A stretch of 64,000 nt of DNA, taken from NCBI GenBank assembly GCA_964106645.2, contig OZ067043.1; one strand, 5' to 3'. Each line of letters starts with the position of its first letter. Positions within the stretch are counted from its first letter, which is position 1. The translations under genes and the position numbers were made by a program. This stretch comes from Podarcis pityusensis (Eukaryota). A model generated the notes under the pieces. That model was not told the origin of the DNA. It saw only the letters and a program-made list of their open reading frames with translations, and searched no databases. Positions 1-12,049 of the stretch are shown piece after piece.

Positions 1-781
1 CCATACTAGATTGCAGAGTAGGGTAATATAACCAAAAAGCTCCATTGCTATGTAGAAGATAAAGCCAAGAGAAATCTAGGGTGAAATTCAACATCTTGCT
101 ATTGCAAACATTCTGTCTCCACAAGTATATCAGCTGGCCAGAGAGAACAATCACCCCTCCCCATATGCTATTCTGGGTTCTTCTTACCCTCCCCCCAGCC
201 AATTTCACAGTGGGAATAGTGGGAGGAAAGCCCTGTTGCAAAGGCCTTCAACTGATGGGGTTTGTTAGGTAAATCCTGCCCCCCGATATTTGGGCAATCT
301 TCAGTGGTTCCAAGATGATTGGTGACTTGGAAGCATTTATTCTCCATGACATTTTGGTGCCATTCCACTGGTTTGGTTCAATAGACAATATTATATTCAT
401 TTAACAGCGTTCTCTGCTTTTTGATTTCAACCATTTTGCTAGGAATGTCAAGTTTCTTTGAGAGGACAGGAAAGTTGACCCAGTGTTGAGAGTGTCCAGG
501 GGGCATGAGGGGACATAATTTTTCCTTGTACATAGTAACTCCCTAGGGAACAAAGGCTGCTGGTGTATCACAGGGTCCAATCACAAGAGTTCAGGTTGCC
601 TTTTGTGGTTTTTTGTGGGGTGGGTTGAATTGACTGGCTTATTTCTTTTTTAAAAAAACACCTTCATGATTATAGTGTCAATAGTTGTATAGTGTATGGT
701 TGTCCTGTACCATTGGGTTAACTGATTTGGAGGGTTGAGGATTTGATGAAATTCTCCAACACTTTTGTTTATTTAGAAACT

Positions 782-917
782 CAGGGATGGGGAACCTGTA
801 GCCCTCTAGATGTTTTTGGACTCCAGCTCCCAATAGCCCCAGCCAGCATGGCTAATGGTCAAGGATAATAGCTGTTTTAGTCTAGGAAAACCAGGAAGGC
901 CTCAGGTTCATACTCTG
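782..917. mobile_element. Short hAT-like MITE (cagggatggggaacc... family), degenerate
   Basis: Imperfect terminal inverted repeats. Related copies at ~29390, ~29580, ~50307 and ~56695 share the ggactacaactccca / tgggagttgtagtcc core. Confidence 0.6.
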
Positions 918-3157
918 CCCTCAGTTAGGTAGACTAAGTACAGATTATCTCCTGTTTTGGCCCATTGCATGAAGAAAGAGGTTTTCTGAGGAGAGCATGA
1001 GCTGGGACCTAATTTTTCAAAGTAGATGTGCATCCATACCTTCTCCTTCAGGATTTTCTTTTCAAACAAAAATACAGGAAAACAGACTCCAAGCAGGAAT
1101 AAGGGAACCCAGAGTCCATTGGCCACATTAGAATGGGCCCAGTTAACATTTCGATCAGAATCCACAGGTTGAAGAACACTGCTCATTAGTCAAGAGGTTA
1201 TGTGACCTCAAATTGTTATTCTTTCGATTCAGAAAAGTGCAAATTGTAAGCACTAAAACAATGGACATTTTGTATTTTCTGGTGGCAGACAATGTGCCAC
1301 AAAGAAAGACTTAATCTTCCTCTCCCTCAATCTATCATTCATCCACCCATCCATCCCTTCTTCTTGTTTCCTCTTCACCCTCAAATCCATTTTTTACCTG
1401 CTATCAAAAAGATGGTTGTGGTGTCATTGGGGTGACCCACCTTTGATCAAATCTGAGTCCAGCTTTGAGCACAATCTACCAGCCAACAACCAAACACTAA
1501 TGCTGGTAGGAAGGAGGAAGATGGGCATTTAAAGCTGACAAGATTTCTAATTCTAAACCTTCTGCTCCCATTCCTCCCCCTCCATCCCATCTATGTGCCT
1601 GATAATTCTCCTGACGCAGCCTAAATGGAGAAGCAGTTGCCATTCCACCTTGGTGAAATGAAAAACACAAATGAAGTGCAGTTTGGTGCTAGAGCAGGGG
1701 CTTGACTCACTGATACAATGTTTAACATGCTGTCGAGGTATTTAGAATAGAACCGCTTGCTACAATTTTAAGAAGACAGTTTATTCATCTAAACGGCAAG
1801 CGTATGTAGAAGAGGGTCTGAGATTGACGTCTTTGGGATTAGTTTAGCCCTGCATTTTTTCTGGAGGTCGTTGTCATGGTGCTCAGGAGGTTTGTCGAAT
1901 AAATGGGGCCAGCGTTCTTCTTGGGACCACATGCTAAAAACTAATACATAACGTTTAATTTACTGTCTCCGTAGCTAGCCCAGCCATTTTTCAGATAATA
2001 ATATTGGATTAGAGCGACTTGCAAGGGTGGATGGGAGTGGGCAGGCAGGCATGTGGGGGCTGATGCGGAGCAATGAGAGTCGTTGTTGAGGTTCCTTGAA
2101 GCAGAGTCAATGGCTTGTGCACTTTTATTTCTTCACAGAAGCAAATTGAAAAGGGAAGTATCTTTAACTCCTGCGATCAGGTTGTTACATGCAATCTGAG
2201 AAAGAAGGCAAGGGTTTACATTGCAACCAGAGCCCTCCCTGATGTCAAAATATTGTATCTAGCCTATTATGATATGGGGAGAAGGATCCCATCCTTTAGC
2301 TTCAAGTTTTATTTTGCTATCTTGGCCCTTTCTGATACAAAGATGGTCACATTTTTGCAAGGTGGGTACTTCTCTGAAAATTGTTTCTTGCTGCAGTTAG
2401 ACGACCAGGGTATTTGTTCCTCAAATGGTTGGTTCGTGTGGGATTTTATAACCTTGTTTTATTTGCCTGTTTATTTAATAAACTTACACCCCTCTTTTTC
2501 AAATAAATTATAATAAACTACATGATCACAAAACACAAGGAAACATCAGTTAAAACAGCAAAACAGTAACAGTTTTCACCCCCTGCCAAAGTGGCCACTC
2601 CATTATCTCAAAAGACAGGGGCTTTCAGCTGTCACAAACTTATTTGGGTTTAAAGTGTCTGTGTATATGACTAATCTGAACTGAAGTTGAATCAGTCAAG
2701 ATTATAAATCTGAACCCAACTATAAGGCTGTGGTAAGTTTAGTGAGGAGCTATTGGTTAGTTTTTGCACGTTACACACCAGCCCAGAAAAATTAATGTAA
2801 TTGGGTTGGCAAATTTCCTAGAAAATAGGCTAATAGCCATTGACATGCAAATATATGCACACTTTAAGTTGTTCACTACTTAGCTGAGCTTATTTTACAG
2901 AGCTCAGATGGTTTGGAGTGGGTGGGCACCTTGCCTCAGGTCACCGCTGGGGATGGGGGATAATCCAGTGGCAACAGAGAAGTGGGTGATATGAAGCTAG
3001 GCTGGTTCAGAAAGGCTTTGCTTTTTTTAAAAATAGTGGCCTGAATAGAGTTACTTAGAGAGTTATCAGCTGGATTAATGGGAAAGAGAAGAAGACTATT
3101 TCAAGTATAACAAGCAGCATGGTAATTACACAAAAATGGAAGTCACATGAGACAATC

Positions 3158-3187
3158 TGTTTGTTTGTTTGTTTGTTTGTTTGTTTG
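3158..3187. repeat. (TTTG)n microsatellite
   Basis: Read directly from the sequence. Confidence 0.95.
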
Positions 3188-3414
3188 ACAATTATTTGCT
3201 CCCCTAAAGGGCAGCTGAGGAACTATAGGATTGGTAGAAGGGCCACAATGCTAACAGAGAGGGAGTCAGCTGCCAACTGACCACCAGTGAGTCAGAAAGC
3301 TCCACCAATAACACTGTCCCACTGACAGTGTTTTGTGAATGATGAAGACCAAAGCAGGACGTGATCAAAGGTAGCAAGAAAGAAAGAGTTCCTGAAACGT
3401 CCTGGAACTAAAAT

Positions 3415-4180
3415 TGCGTGGCGAGTTCCCGCCCCCCACCAAGGATAAATAAAGACACCAGACACCAGAATTTAAGGTTAAATGGGCGAATTAGGCCACA
3501 ACTTTATTGTATTCAGGAATGAGAGACATTGGCTTAGGCATTGGTCCTATCGACTATCCGGCTCCAGCCCATTTGCTGGAGACATGGGAAGGGTTAACAC
3601 CATAGTGGGGGAGTCTCCTGCTGAGGCACATCAACTAGGAGCACCCCCGGGTCACCGCTTGGGGGCGTGCCTTAGGCCCACACCTCCATAGGCTTCGGGC
3701 AGGGCCACGCCCCCCGGAGTCCTTTATCGGACCACCCTTCATTCTCTGGGGGGAGGTGATGGCGTTCCTCCCCCCCCCCATCCTCTAAACCCCTTCTTAC
3801 CAATGCCTAACCGCCAATGCTGAGAAGTTGTGACGAGTTGCTACGAGGTAGGCGAAAAACCAAAAGGCTGTAAATTGCCAATTGGGAAAAATTCCTACCA
3901 TGCCCCTTGCGGCGGCAGACTGTGAAGTCCATAGCAAAGTCAGAAACCTACCTAAAGGGAGGGAGGGTGGGAAAACGTGGGGGCTAGCCGGCAAAAGAGG
4001 GCGAGCCCCGGCCACGCCGGCCCTAAATAGGGCAGGCCACGCCCCCCCAGCCACCCGATTGGCTGGCTGGCTGGACGACGCGGCCGGGATTCCCCTGCTC
4101 TCGCGGGGGCTGAAACCAGCCCCCGCTTACGTGGGGTGGGCGTGAAGCCCGCAACCCCACCTCCTGGGCAGGCCGGAAGT
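3415..4180 (-). mobile_element. CpG-rich solo-LTR-like element (LTR retrotransposon, or DIRS/Ngaro-type terminal repeat), antisense to RNF220
   Basis: Sharp GC/CpG-rich block. On the minus strand, in order: CCAAT (~4060), GC box GGGGCGTGGC (~4040), TATA-like TATTTA (~4025), then AATAAAGTTGTGGCC (3494-3508). No TSD seen, ends approximate. Confidence 0.6.
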
Positions 4181-5761
4181 GGCTTTGTGGTTAATGAGGG
4201 GGGAAGAAGAGTGAAAAAAGAAAAAGCTATCTCCTGTTGCTGAGCATCTGAGCTTCACCTGCTCACCTGCTGTTTGTCAGTGACCACTGATTTTTTTGGG
4301 GGGAGGGGCTGCACTCCACCTGAAAATGAGAACATTTGCACAAATGACAAAGCATATGCAAATATATGCAAATGGGTGGAGAGTCAAATCAACATATAGT
4401 GAGCCCAGAAAATCCTGTTAGCATCCCTGTTCTCAGTAAATGAACCTCCTTAAAATATTGTCAAAGTGCTCTATCATTTCCCATAAATCTTTTTTGTGCA
4501 TGGGATTTATACCTCTGCCATTGCTCTGAAGTTTGCACAGTACTGATAACCTTCACAATTTCAAGTAAACTGCTGACCATTTTGCCTGCATAGCTTGTGG
4601 TAAAAGAAAGGAAATGTCTGTGTTATTTGGGATATTTCTGAGATTAACAGGAAATCCTATAATTAGAAAAAGGTTTAATAATATACTAATATTTGTAATT
4701 ACTGAATGGATCTATGCAGTTGAATAGTGTTTGGCACCAAATGCTTCTTCTGATTGTGCATTACTGCTTTTATGGCTTTTTGTTTGAGTACATTTTCTGA
4801 GAGATTTTCATACACGTTAAAAGTTAGAGGTGCAACTGAGGTGCTTTCGCTTGTATCCCTGTTTAAACCCTCAGATAGTATTTCAATGGCTAAGAAAATG
4901 CAAATAAAAAAGTTTTCTTTAACAAAAGCAATATTTAGCATGGGCGTCTTAGGGAGCCTCATATGTGGTCATTTGACCAAGGCACTGCTCACCTTTATCC
5001 TATGCATTTTTGGTGGCATCTTTCTTGTCCAGGTGCAGAGATAGTATTGCACATTCTTTTATAATCCCAGATGATGTATACTTTACCCGTATGTATAATT
5101 ATGTAGTTTCCCAATGTGTATGCCAGTGATACTGGAATCGAGATGATGGGGGAACATTATTTCATACAGTGCCTTTCACTTAACCCAACAATTCCAAGTT
5201 GCTGTCTTTACTTTTTCCAAATCATCTCTCTTTCCCTAATGGGCAGTAGTTCCTGCAAGATGTAGTTGTGTACTGGTGTTTCTATGTCATGACTGCTAGT
5301 GTTGTTCTTCAGTGATGTATTTCCATGTGAGAGATACAAAGCTAAATAATACAGCTACCTCTGCCACTAACACAAACTTAGGAGCACAATGGAGGACAGA
5401 GGAGGGACAATGTTCATGCATCCATTCCTAAACATAGGCACTGTATGCAAGCCACCACACATGAGGCCCAGAAATGATATTCTTGTTTGTCCCATGCTGG
5501 GTGACAGGTTTGGCATGAGGTGAATATTTAGCTCTCTGAATGACTTCCTGCATCATTCTCAAAAGCCTTCTCAAGAGTTATCACACCACATGTCCATCTA
5601 ACTTAGAAGATGTCCCTCTCTATAGCTGGTTGTTGGTGATCATGTTTTCTTAATTAGCATTTTTTGCTATTACATATCACACATCCTTCTACGCTTCCTC
5701 TTGAGAACAAGGAGCACTTTGCATTGTTAACTGCTTCTCGCTTTCCCCGCTTCTTCCACAG

Positions 5762-5857
5762 TCAATTTTGTTGTCAGCCTCAATCAAGCGAGAAGGAGAC
5801 TCTCCAACGGCATCACCTCACTCCTCAGATGATATCCATCACTCAGACAGATACCAG
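5762..5857 (+). CDS. RNF220: RNF220 internal coding exon (SILLSASIKREGDSPTASPHSSDDIHHSDRYQ), 96 nt, phase 0/0
   Basis: Pyrimidine tract plus cacag acceptor (5757-5761) and CAG|gtgaga donor. The translation matches the vertebrate RNF220 segment SLLLSASIKREGESPTASPHSS..DDLHHSDRYQ as recalled. Confidence 0.95.
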
Positions 5858-6176
5858 GTGAGAGAGCAACCAGGAGGACTCAGCTGATGACTGGAAACCA
5901 GGAGTTACTAAGTGCCACTACTAGTTCTTTCAGTGCTGCCATTCAAGTCCTTAACTTTTTAGCCTTTTATGTTTTTCAGGGATTATAATACCCCCCCTTG
6001 TTTAATGCATATCTCCTTGCATCTGGGAAATCTTGCCAAAAAAAGTACTATGGTATACAAATGTTAAATAATACCCTTAACAGGTTTGCACCCAGTATAG
6101 CTTTCTGGTTCCTAATGCTTCTTGGTGCATCATGGCATAAAATACAGTTGTTAAGTTAATAATAAAGTTACAGTTG

Positions 6177-6177
<1 letters not shown>

Positions 6178-6209
<32 letters not shown>

Positions 6210-6411
6210 CCCCACCCATCTCTGTTTATACCCCACCCACTCTGGGTGGCTTACAGTATATCTAAAAACATAAAATCTCCCAGTACAGGGCTGCCTTCAG
6301 ATGTCTTCTAAAAGTTATCTTCTAAAAGTTATCTCCTTGACACCTGAAGGGAGGGCGTTCCGCAGGGAGAGTGCCGCTACTGAGAAGGCCCTCTGCCTGG
6401 TACCCTGTAAC
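6178..6411 (-). mobile_element. L2-type LINE 3' end with (TAA)n tail
   Basis: (TTA)n followed by tataccccacccatc...gggctgccttcagatgtcttctaaa...gagaaggccctctgcctgg. A related end is at 51170. Confidence 0.65.
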
Positions 6412-6628
6412 TATTATTGAATAACGTTAGTTTTAATTTTGATATTACTGTATTTTGTAAATGGATGGAAAATAGGACTAAGCATAATGCCCCAATTAGC
6501 CAGAAACAAGTCACCACCAGTGGGACTCCATTCTGAAAATCATGTAAATGGAATTTGCAGGTGTAAAAAGTGTTGTAGCCTTGTCAATTTAATTGTTCAG
6601 TAAGTTTTGTATAGTTTATTAAGGTGTG

Positions 6629-6702
6629 AACACAAAGGTTATCTGCTGTAGTATGTCCAAAGCCAACACAAAGGTTATCTGCTGTACTGTGTCCAAAGCC
6701 AA
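6629..6702. repeat. 36-bp tandem duplication (2 copies, 2 mismatches)
   Basis: aacacaaaggttatctgctgta(g/c)t(a/g)tgtccaaagcc at 6629 and 6665. Confidence 0.9.
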
Positions 6703-7820
6703 TAGAAGGTCACTGTACAACTACAGTTCCTATTAGTCTGAAATATGCGCACACGCACACATTATGGGGTGCTGCCCATCATCTCTATGGGTATATGGTC
6801 TGTACTGCTAGTTGGAATGCAGCCAGTGCATAACTGTGCTAATGAATCAGTAGTGGTCTGAGGCTGGGATGGACGTTTGTGTCTATTGTATGACTAATAT
6901 ATCTAGCATTATATGTCTTTTCTTAATTGTTAGTAGCTCCTGCCATAGTCATAGTTTATATAGTTCAGACTATGCCAGAGAGATGAAGTGCTCACACTCT
7001 GTACTTTCTGCTAGTTCATGCTCTCAAAAATGAATCAACACTGTTCTGAATATTGTCAAATACAGATAAACATTGCTAATAGTATTCTTCTGTATGCAGT
7101 AAGTGATCCCAGTTTGCATTTGATGGCTTTACTTTTCACAACAGGCACTTCACGGAGACTCATAAATTCTTGATGGAGAGGCAAATGGGAATTATAGTTT
7201 GCTTTTATAGGGTAGAAGACTGGAGGATGATCCTTTTTTGTATTTTTACTGCTCTAGAATTTGCAGGCCGGAGTAGTACAAAGCAACTCCAGTGTATAAC
7301 TAGAATATGACTAGGGAAATACACAGGCATCAGAGATAAATCTCCTCTGGGAGCTAATCCAATGGGCTTTATGCAAATAAAATAAAATAAAATTCTCCCC
7401 TTGATTCCAAGAGCTGCAAGCTGAGCTTTTCACATGCTGGATGTGTGCCCTGGTTATATATTTCTTTAAAACTGCAGTGCTGGTAATTTTGCATTGCAAG
7501 TTCTTTATGGCATTTATGATCTGCTAGGAAACATACTGTATATATTAGTGAGAGATTGGGAAGCAAACTTTTGCTTATGAGGTTGTTCTGAAGGAAATTT
7601 CACAAAGTTTGCACTGATAAGCTCTGTTGGTGTCTTAGCAGGGACAGAAACAGTTCACCATTTAGCCCATAATTATCACATGAAAACTTAACCTGATGCA
7701 CCTGCAATTACATGGGGGAGCTCTCTGTGATAAAGCAAATATTTCCACATCCCTGCTACCAGTGATATGTAGAGAACATATATTTTATGTGGATAAATGG
7801 TGCAGTCAGCTGCCATGAGG

Positions 7821-7942
7821 TTACAAAAGGTAGGTGCAGATTACCATTTACTATGTAATTGCCACCTGCAAACACTACGGCATGCATGTGTTTGCAGGTG
7901 GCAATTACATAGTAAATGGTAATCTGCACCTACCTTTTGTAA
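7821..7942. repeat. Perfect inverted repeat: 55-bp arms, 12-nt spacer
   Basis: 7821-7875 is the exact reverse complement of 7888-7942. Spacer is tacggcatgcat. Confidence 0.97.
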
Positions 7943-8304
7943 AGCATCAACAGGGCTGTCCTGTCCAAGCTTTCTAAAATTCCTTACAAAATAACCACAT
8001 GAACCACAGCCATACATCTAGAGCTGTCAGAACTGGGCTATGGGTTGTGGTCTGCAGTTGGGAACATGGAGTCAGGACCCAAGGGAAGTGAGGAGGCAGG
8101 GTCAGAGAATAAAGACTGAATAGCAATTAGTACCAGAGGTGAAATCAGAAGACAGGACTCAGGAACATAGAGTAATAAGGATCAGAGGACAAAAACCAAC
8201 GCAGAGCCAGTAGGAGTCAGGACCATAGTAAAATCAGGATCAGAGGGTAAACCAGAAGGCAGAACTGGGGTACCTCCACATGACCTGTTTATTGAACATT
8301 CATC

Positions 8305-8355
8305 CTTGTTTTACTCTAAGGTGCTACTGGAAGGAATTTTTTTTATTTTGTTTCA
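8305..8355. mobile_element. Short fragment of a Penelope-like squamate repeat
   Basis: ctctaaggtgctactggaaggaatttttt. A reverse-complement copy lies at 43699-43747. Confidence 0.45.
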
Positions 8356-11300
8356 TCCTGGTTTGTTTGCATTGTTATATGGCTTCCCGTCAATCATTTC
8401 CAACACTTTCTAGTGCATTGCCTCATCACTTTCTGCACCACAAAAAGTCCTTTTTCTAAAGTGGGGTTGTTGTGCAAGAGCACCAGAATGCTTTAATCTA
8501 CTTTAATTGTGCAAACCTAAATTAGCTGGTATGCAATTGAATCTTTCCCGCAAAATAGTAACAGTATGGAATGGATCTTAGTAGAACAAGCAAAGTTCTA
8601 CTGAGACAGGAAGCCCTCTTGTTTTCCTTCCTGCCCAGGCTTGAATAGTCATTCTGGAAGGTACCTGCCCAAGAAATTGTAGTGATTTTGCTTGCCACAT
8701 GGGGTAATTAATGGTCAACAGTTCCAGAAATATGTATTTAGATCTAGTTGGATACAAATGTAATCTGGTAAAGCAAGGGAAAATTCAGTAGGAACAGAAT
8801 TAGGAAGTGAAGCATTATTATGAGAGCTGAAAGGTTGATCAGAAAACTAGGATCTAGTCCAAGTTATAATTTGGCAGCCAAAATTAGTTGCTAGCCCTCT
8901 CCTACTTGGCTGTTTGGCACCTATACTGCATTTTTCTGTGTTCTTATAGAAAAGGGGAGAAATGTTTTAAGTTAACAGTGTTGTCCCACATGCATTTGAT
9001 TTAAACTAGAGTTATAGAAAGGCTACTACAAATATTGTTGTGGAATTATGGTATAAAGAAAAAGAACAGATTATGTTGCAATTGAAACTTTCCCCTCTGC
9101 ATTTGCAGCTCAGGCCCAGAAGCCTTGAATTGTTTTCAGAGAGAGCAAGTGAAAGTGACAGGAAGTTGTTGTTTTTTTTGAGTGATCATGTTGAGTGAAA
9201 TAGCAATGGCAGGATGGTTGAGGAAAAGAGGTGAAAGGAAGCAGAAATGTAGGTAGGTAGGTAAATGAGAGGTTTGAAGTTGCTCTGGCTGCATTAATCT
9301 GACATCTCTTGAGTAACACAAGGAGAACAGTATTGCTTTTTGAAAATGGAATTTTTATACTGTGTCCTTTCTTCCCAGCTTTCTGCATAAGAATAGGATT
9401 AATGACATGACTGTTTCTTGACAAAAAGAAAGAACTGTTCCAGTTAAAGAGTATGTTAGCATTCTAACACAGAGAATCAATTTAGGTCAGGTCCTAGAAA
9501 ATATTGGAGCACTCCTATCTCTCCTTGTAATAAATGTGAAATGAGGATGCTAAACACTAGACAGAGTCGTCAGGTTCCAATATTCCAGACCAGGGTTTGG
9601 ATAGTAAGAAGAGTGGAGCTGCTTGGTAAAAGTGCAATTTGCCTGAAGAAAAATCCATTAAAAATAGGATTTCACCCTCTCTCTAGGCAGTCAAACTGAG
9701 AGGAGGAGCCAATCTCATTCAGCCCAGGTACATTCTGCCTTTGGCAGAATCAGTAGGCTATAGCTCCTTCTGTAAATGTGCCGGCCCATGTTCCCTCCAC
9801 CTTCCATAGATATTGCCAGCATGTACAGTACTAATCAGGCCATTAAAATACGCTTACATTATCCAGTTTATTACAGAGATTCGTTTTTGCTTTGCACAAG
9901 TACACACAATGCCTTTGTTGGTTACTGGCTGGTCTTAATATGGGCTGATCTTGTCTTCCAAAGATTCATAATACGCACATCCTTTGAAGATGTGCTTAAA
10001 CAGTAGAGTGAAGGAATTCCCTATGGTACTCCCTAAACTCCAAGATACGTTACAGTATTTTGCACCCAGAAATATAAAGACTAGTATATTGTGATGTGCT
10101 GCATTCTTGCACGAGTCACTGAGGGATAGTCCATTGGCAACTCAAGTGCATCAGATAATGTGGATAAAGCTTCTAAAGAAGAGGCTCAGTGTACTAGAAC
10201 GAAGCTGCCAGCCGAGACTTCACTTGAAACAATTGCCCTCCTCCTCTCTCCTCAAAACCTCAATAATATGTATTTTACTACTTGTTTTAGCTTACAAACT
10301 AATGTCTTAACATCTGTGAAATATAAAGCATTTCATTCATATATCAGTTTGTGACAGATGCAAGGCATTCGCTGTTTCTTAAAATCAGTGCAGACTTAGC
10401 ATACAGAGGTGCTAATTAGGAATATAAATAGACAGCAGACAGTTGAGATTGCCCAAAATACTTGATTTTTCTCTTTTCCCCCCTTCAAAATCATACTGTC
10501 TACTTCTGTGCATATTGACCTAAGATATCTTATCTGCAATTGACCCCAGTGAATTACAATGAATATGAATGGGAACAGACTACAATAAAAAAATAGTAAT
10601 CTCTCATTTAAGACTGTACAGCTAGTGTCCCCACCTTGTACGGGAGCTGTGCAAGAGATATCAAAATGAGTTAAAAAGTATAAAATAGCAGAGAGATGAG
10701 AAGGGTGCAGACCTGTCCCAAATTTCATCCCTTAAGTTAAGTATTTACTGAAAAGAAACATGGAAAAGCCCAGTATATTGAAATAATTCAAAAGCTTAGG
10801 AAAAAAGCATTTCGAGAGGCTTACGGTTTTTAAAGGGTTTTTTTTTTTAAAAGCAATTTAGGCCTCAGGATTGCAACACTGTCACACATGTTTGCCTTTA
10901 AACACTTGGATAGTCTTTGATGGCTTCAGCAGGATTGCTAATAGGATCAAAGTGAATCACTTCCCTTAAGTGTTTGCAGGATGTGGACCCTGGTTGGCAG
11001 GATAAAGGCCATTTTATAGATTTATCATTCTTGCAATCACTGACTGTGACTTTAGAGTCATAAAAGAATAAAATAATGACTGCTTTGTCCAATAACATGT
11101 TGTATTTGGTAAGGTTTTATCTTCATTTCATCCCTGTAGAGAACTTCAGCTCATCACTGCCTTTTGACAGGAAAAGGGAGGAATGCTTATGTTTCTAGGA
11201 GTCTACAAGACCTGCACACACCACTTTTTGTTAGCCTTTTTTATTATACATGCATACAACAGATAAAACACTAAGTATTTCACATAGCTTAATAAAACGC

Positions 11301-11648
11301 GAGACTTTCCACGCATGCCAAGAACAATTTACTGGATGTGATTCTTGCAACATACAGTGATACCTATAGCATTTCTTAGAAAAGAGGTGCCTCTCTGAAT
11401 GGAGACATCAATTTATCAAGAGGGGTACCTTTATACAGTTGCAGCTTGTGTGCAAGTGTGCACTGCTGGGTTGTTGGTTTTCCTCTGCTTAGCCTCACAA
11501 CTATTATTGCTGAGGGTTCTTAAGGTTCAAAGTTATGAAGCTGCTTATACCTGGGAAGTTACTTTATTGGTGCAGGGCACCCAAAAAGGCAGCTTGTCTT
11601 CCACAGAAAGTTGGTGTGGGTTCCTGCACTTTCTGTCATAGAAATAAG

Positions 11649-11795
11649 CCATGCTTTTCTTCTTAAAAAAATGTTTAGGCATACTCTTATTTTCCTACTC
11701 ATACTGAAATACTGCTCCTCAATGAGGCCAAACTTAAGATTCACAAAATGTTTAGGGGTATGCGAACCCCTGCATCCCCCAGAAGAAAAGCCCTG
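11649..11795. mobile_element. hAT MITE, ~147 bp
   Basis: Ends ccatgctttt / aaaagccctg. 8-bp TSD gaaataag (11641) / gatataag (11796), 7 of 8 identical. Internal repeated aaaatgtttagg. Confidence 0.7.
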
Positions 11796-12049
11796 GATAT
11801 AAGCTTGAACTTTCTGTTTACAAGGGAGACAATATCGGGGTACTTCTGTCCCTGCTAATTGCAAAGTTATCTTTACAAATTTTGTTAGCTTGAGCGGCTC
11901 ACTTGCCATTTTTCTGCTCATTTCTCTAAGTCTCGGCAAGTTAAATTTCTGCCTGGGGAGCAGATGCATCTTGTCTGTAGTTGTACAGGAATGCATGTAC
12001 ACGTATGAACACTTAAGACACAGGGAGGCAGCCTTGATGTGACGACAGG

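Noticed and set aside
1-370. Coding-like composition on the minus strand
   Set aside because: No recognisable domain; possibly an old retroelement remnant, but unsupported.
2800-4430. Repeated ATGCAAAT octamer motifs at ~2845 and ~4355-4373 flanking the LTR-like element
   Set aside because: Probably parts of an old DNA-transposon-derived repeat. I could not define its ends or a TSD, so no regulatory claim is made.
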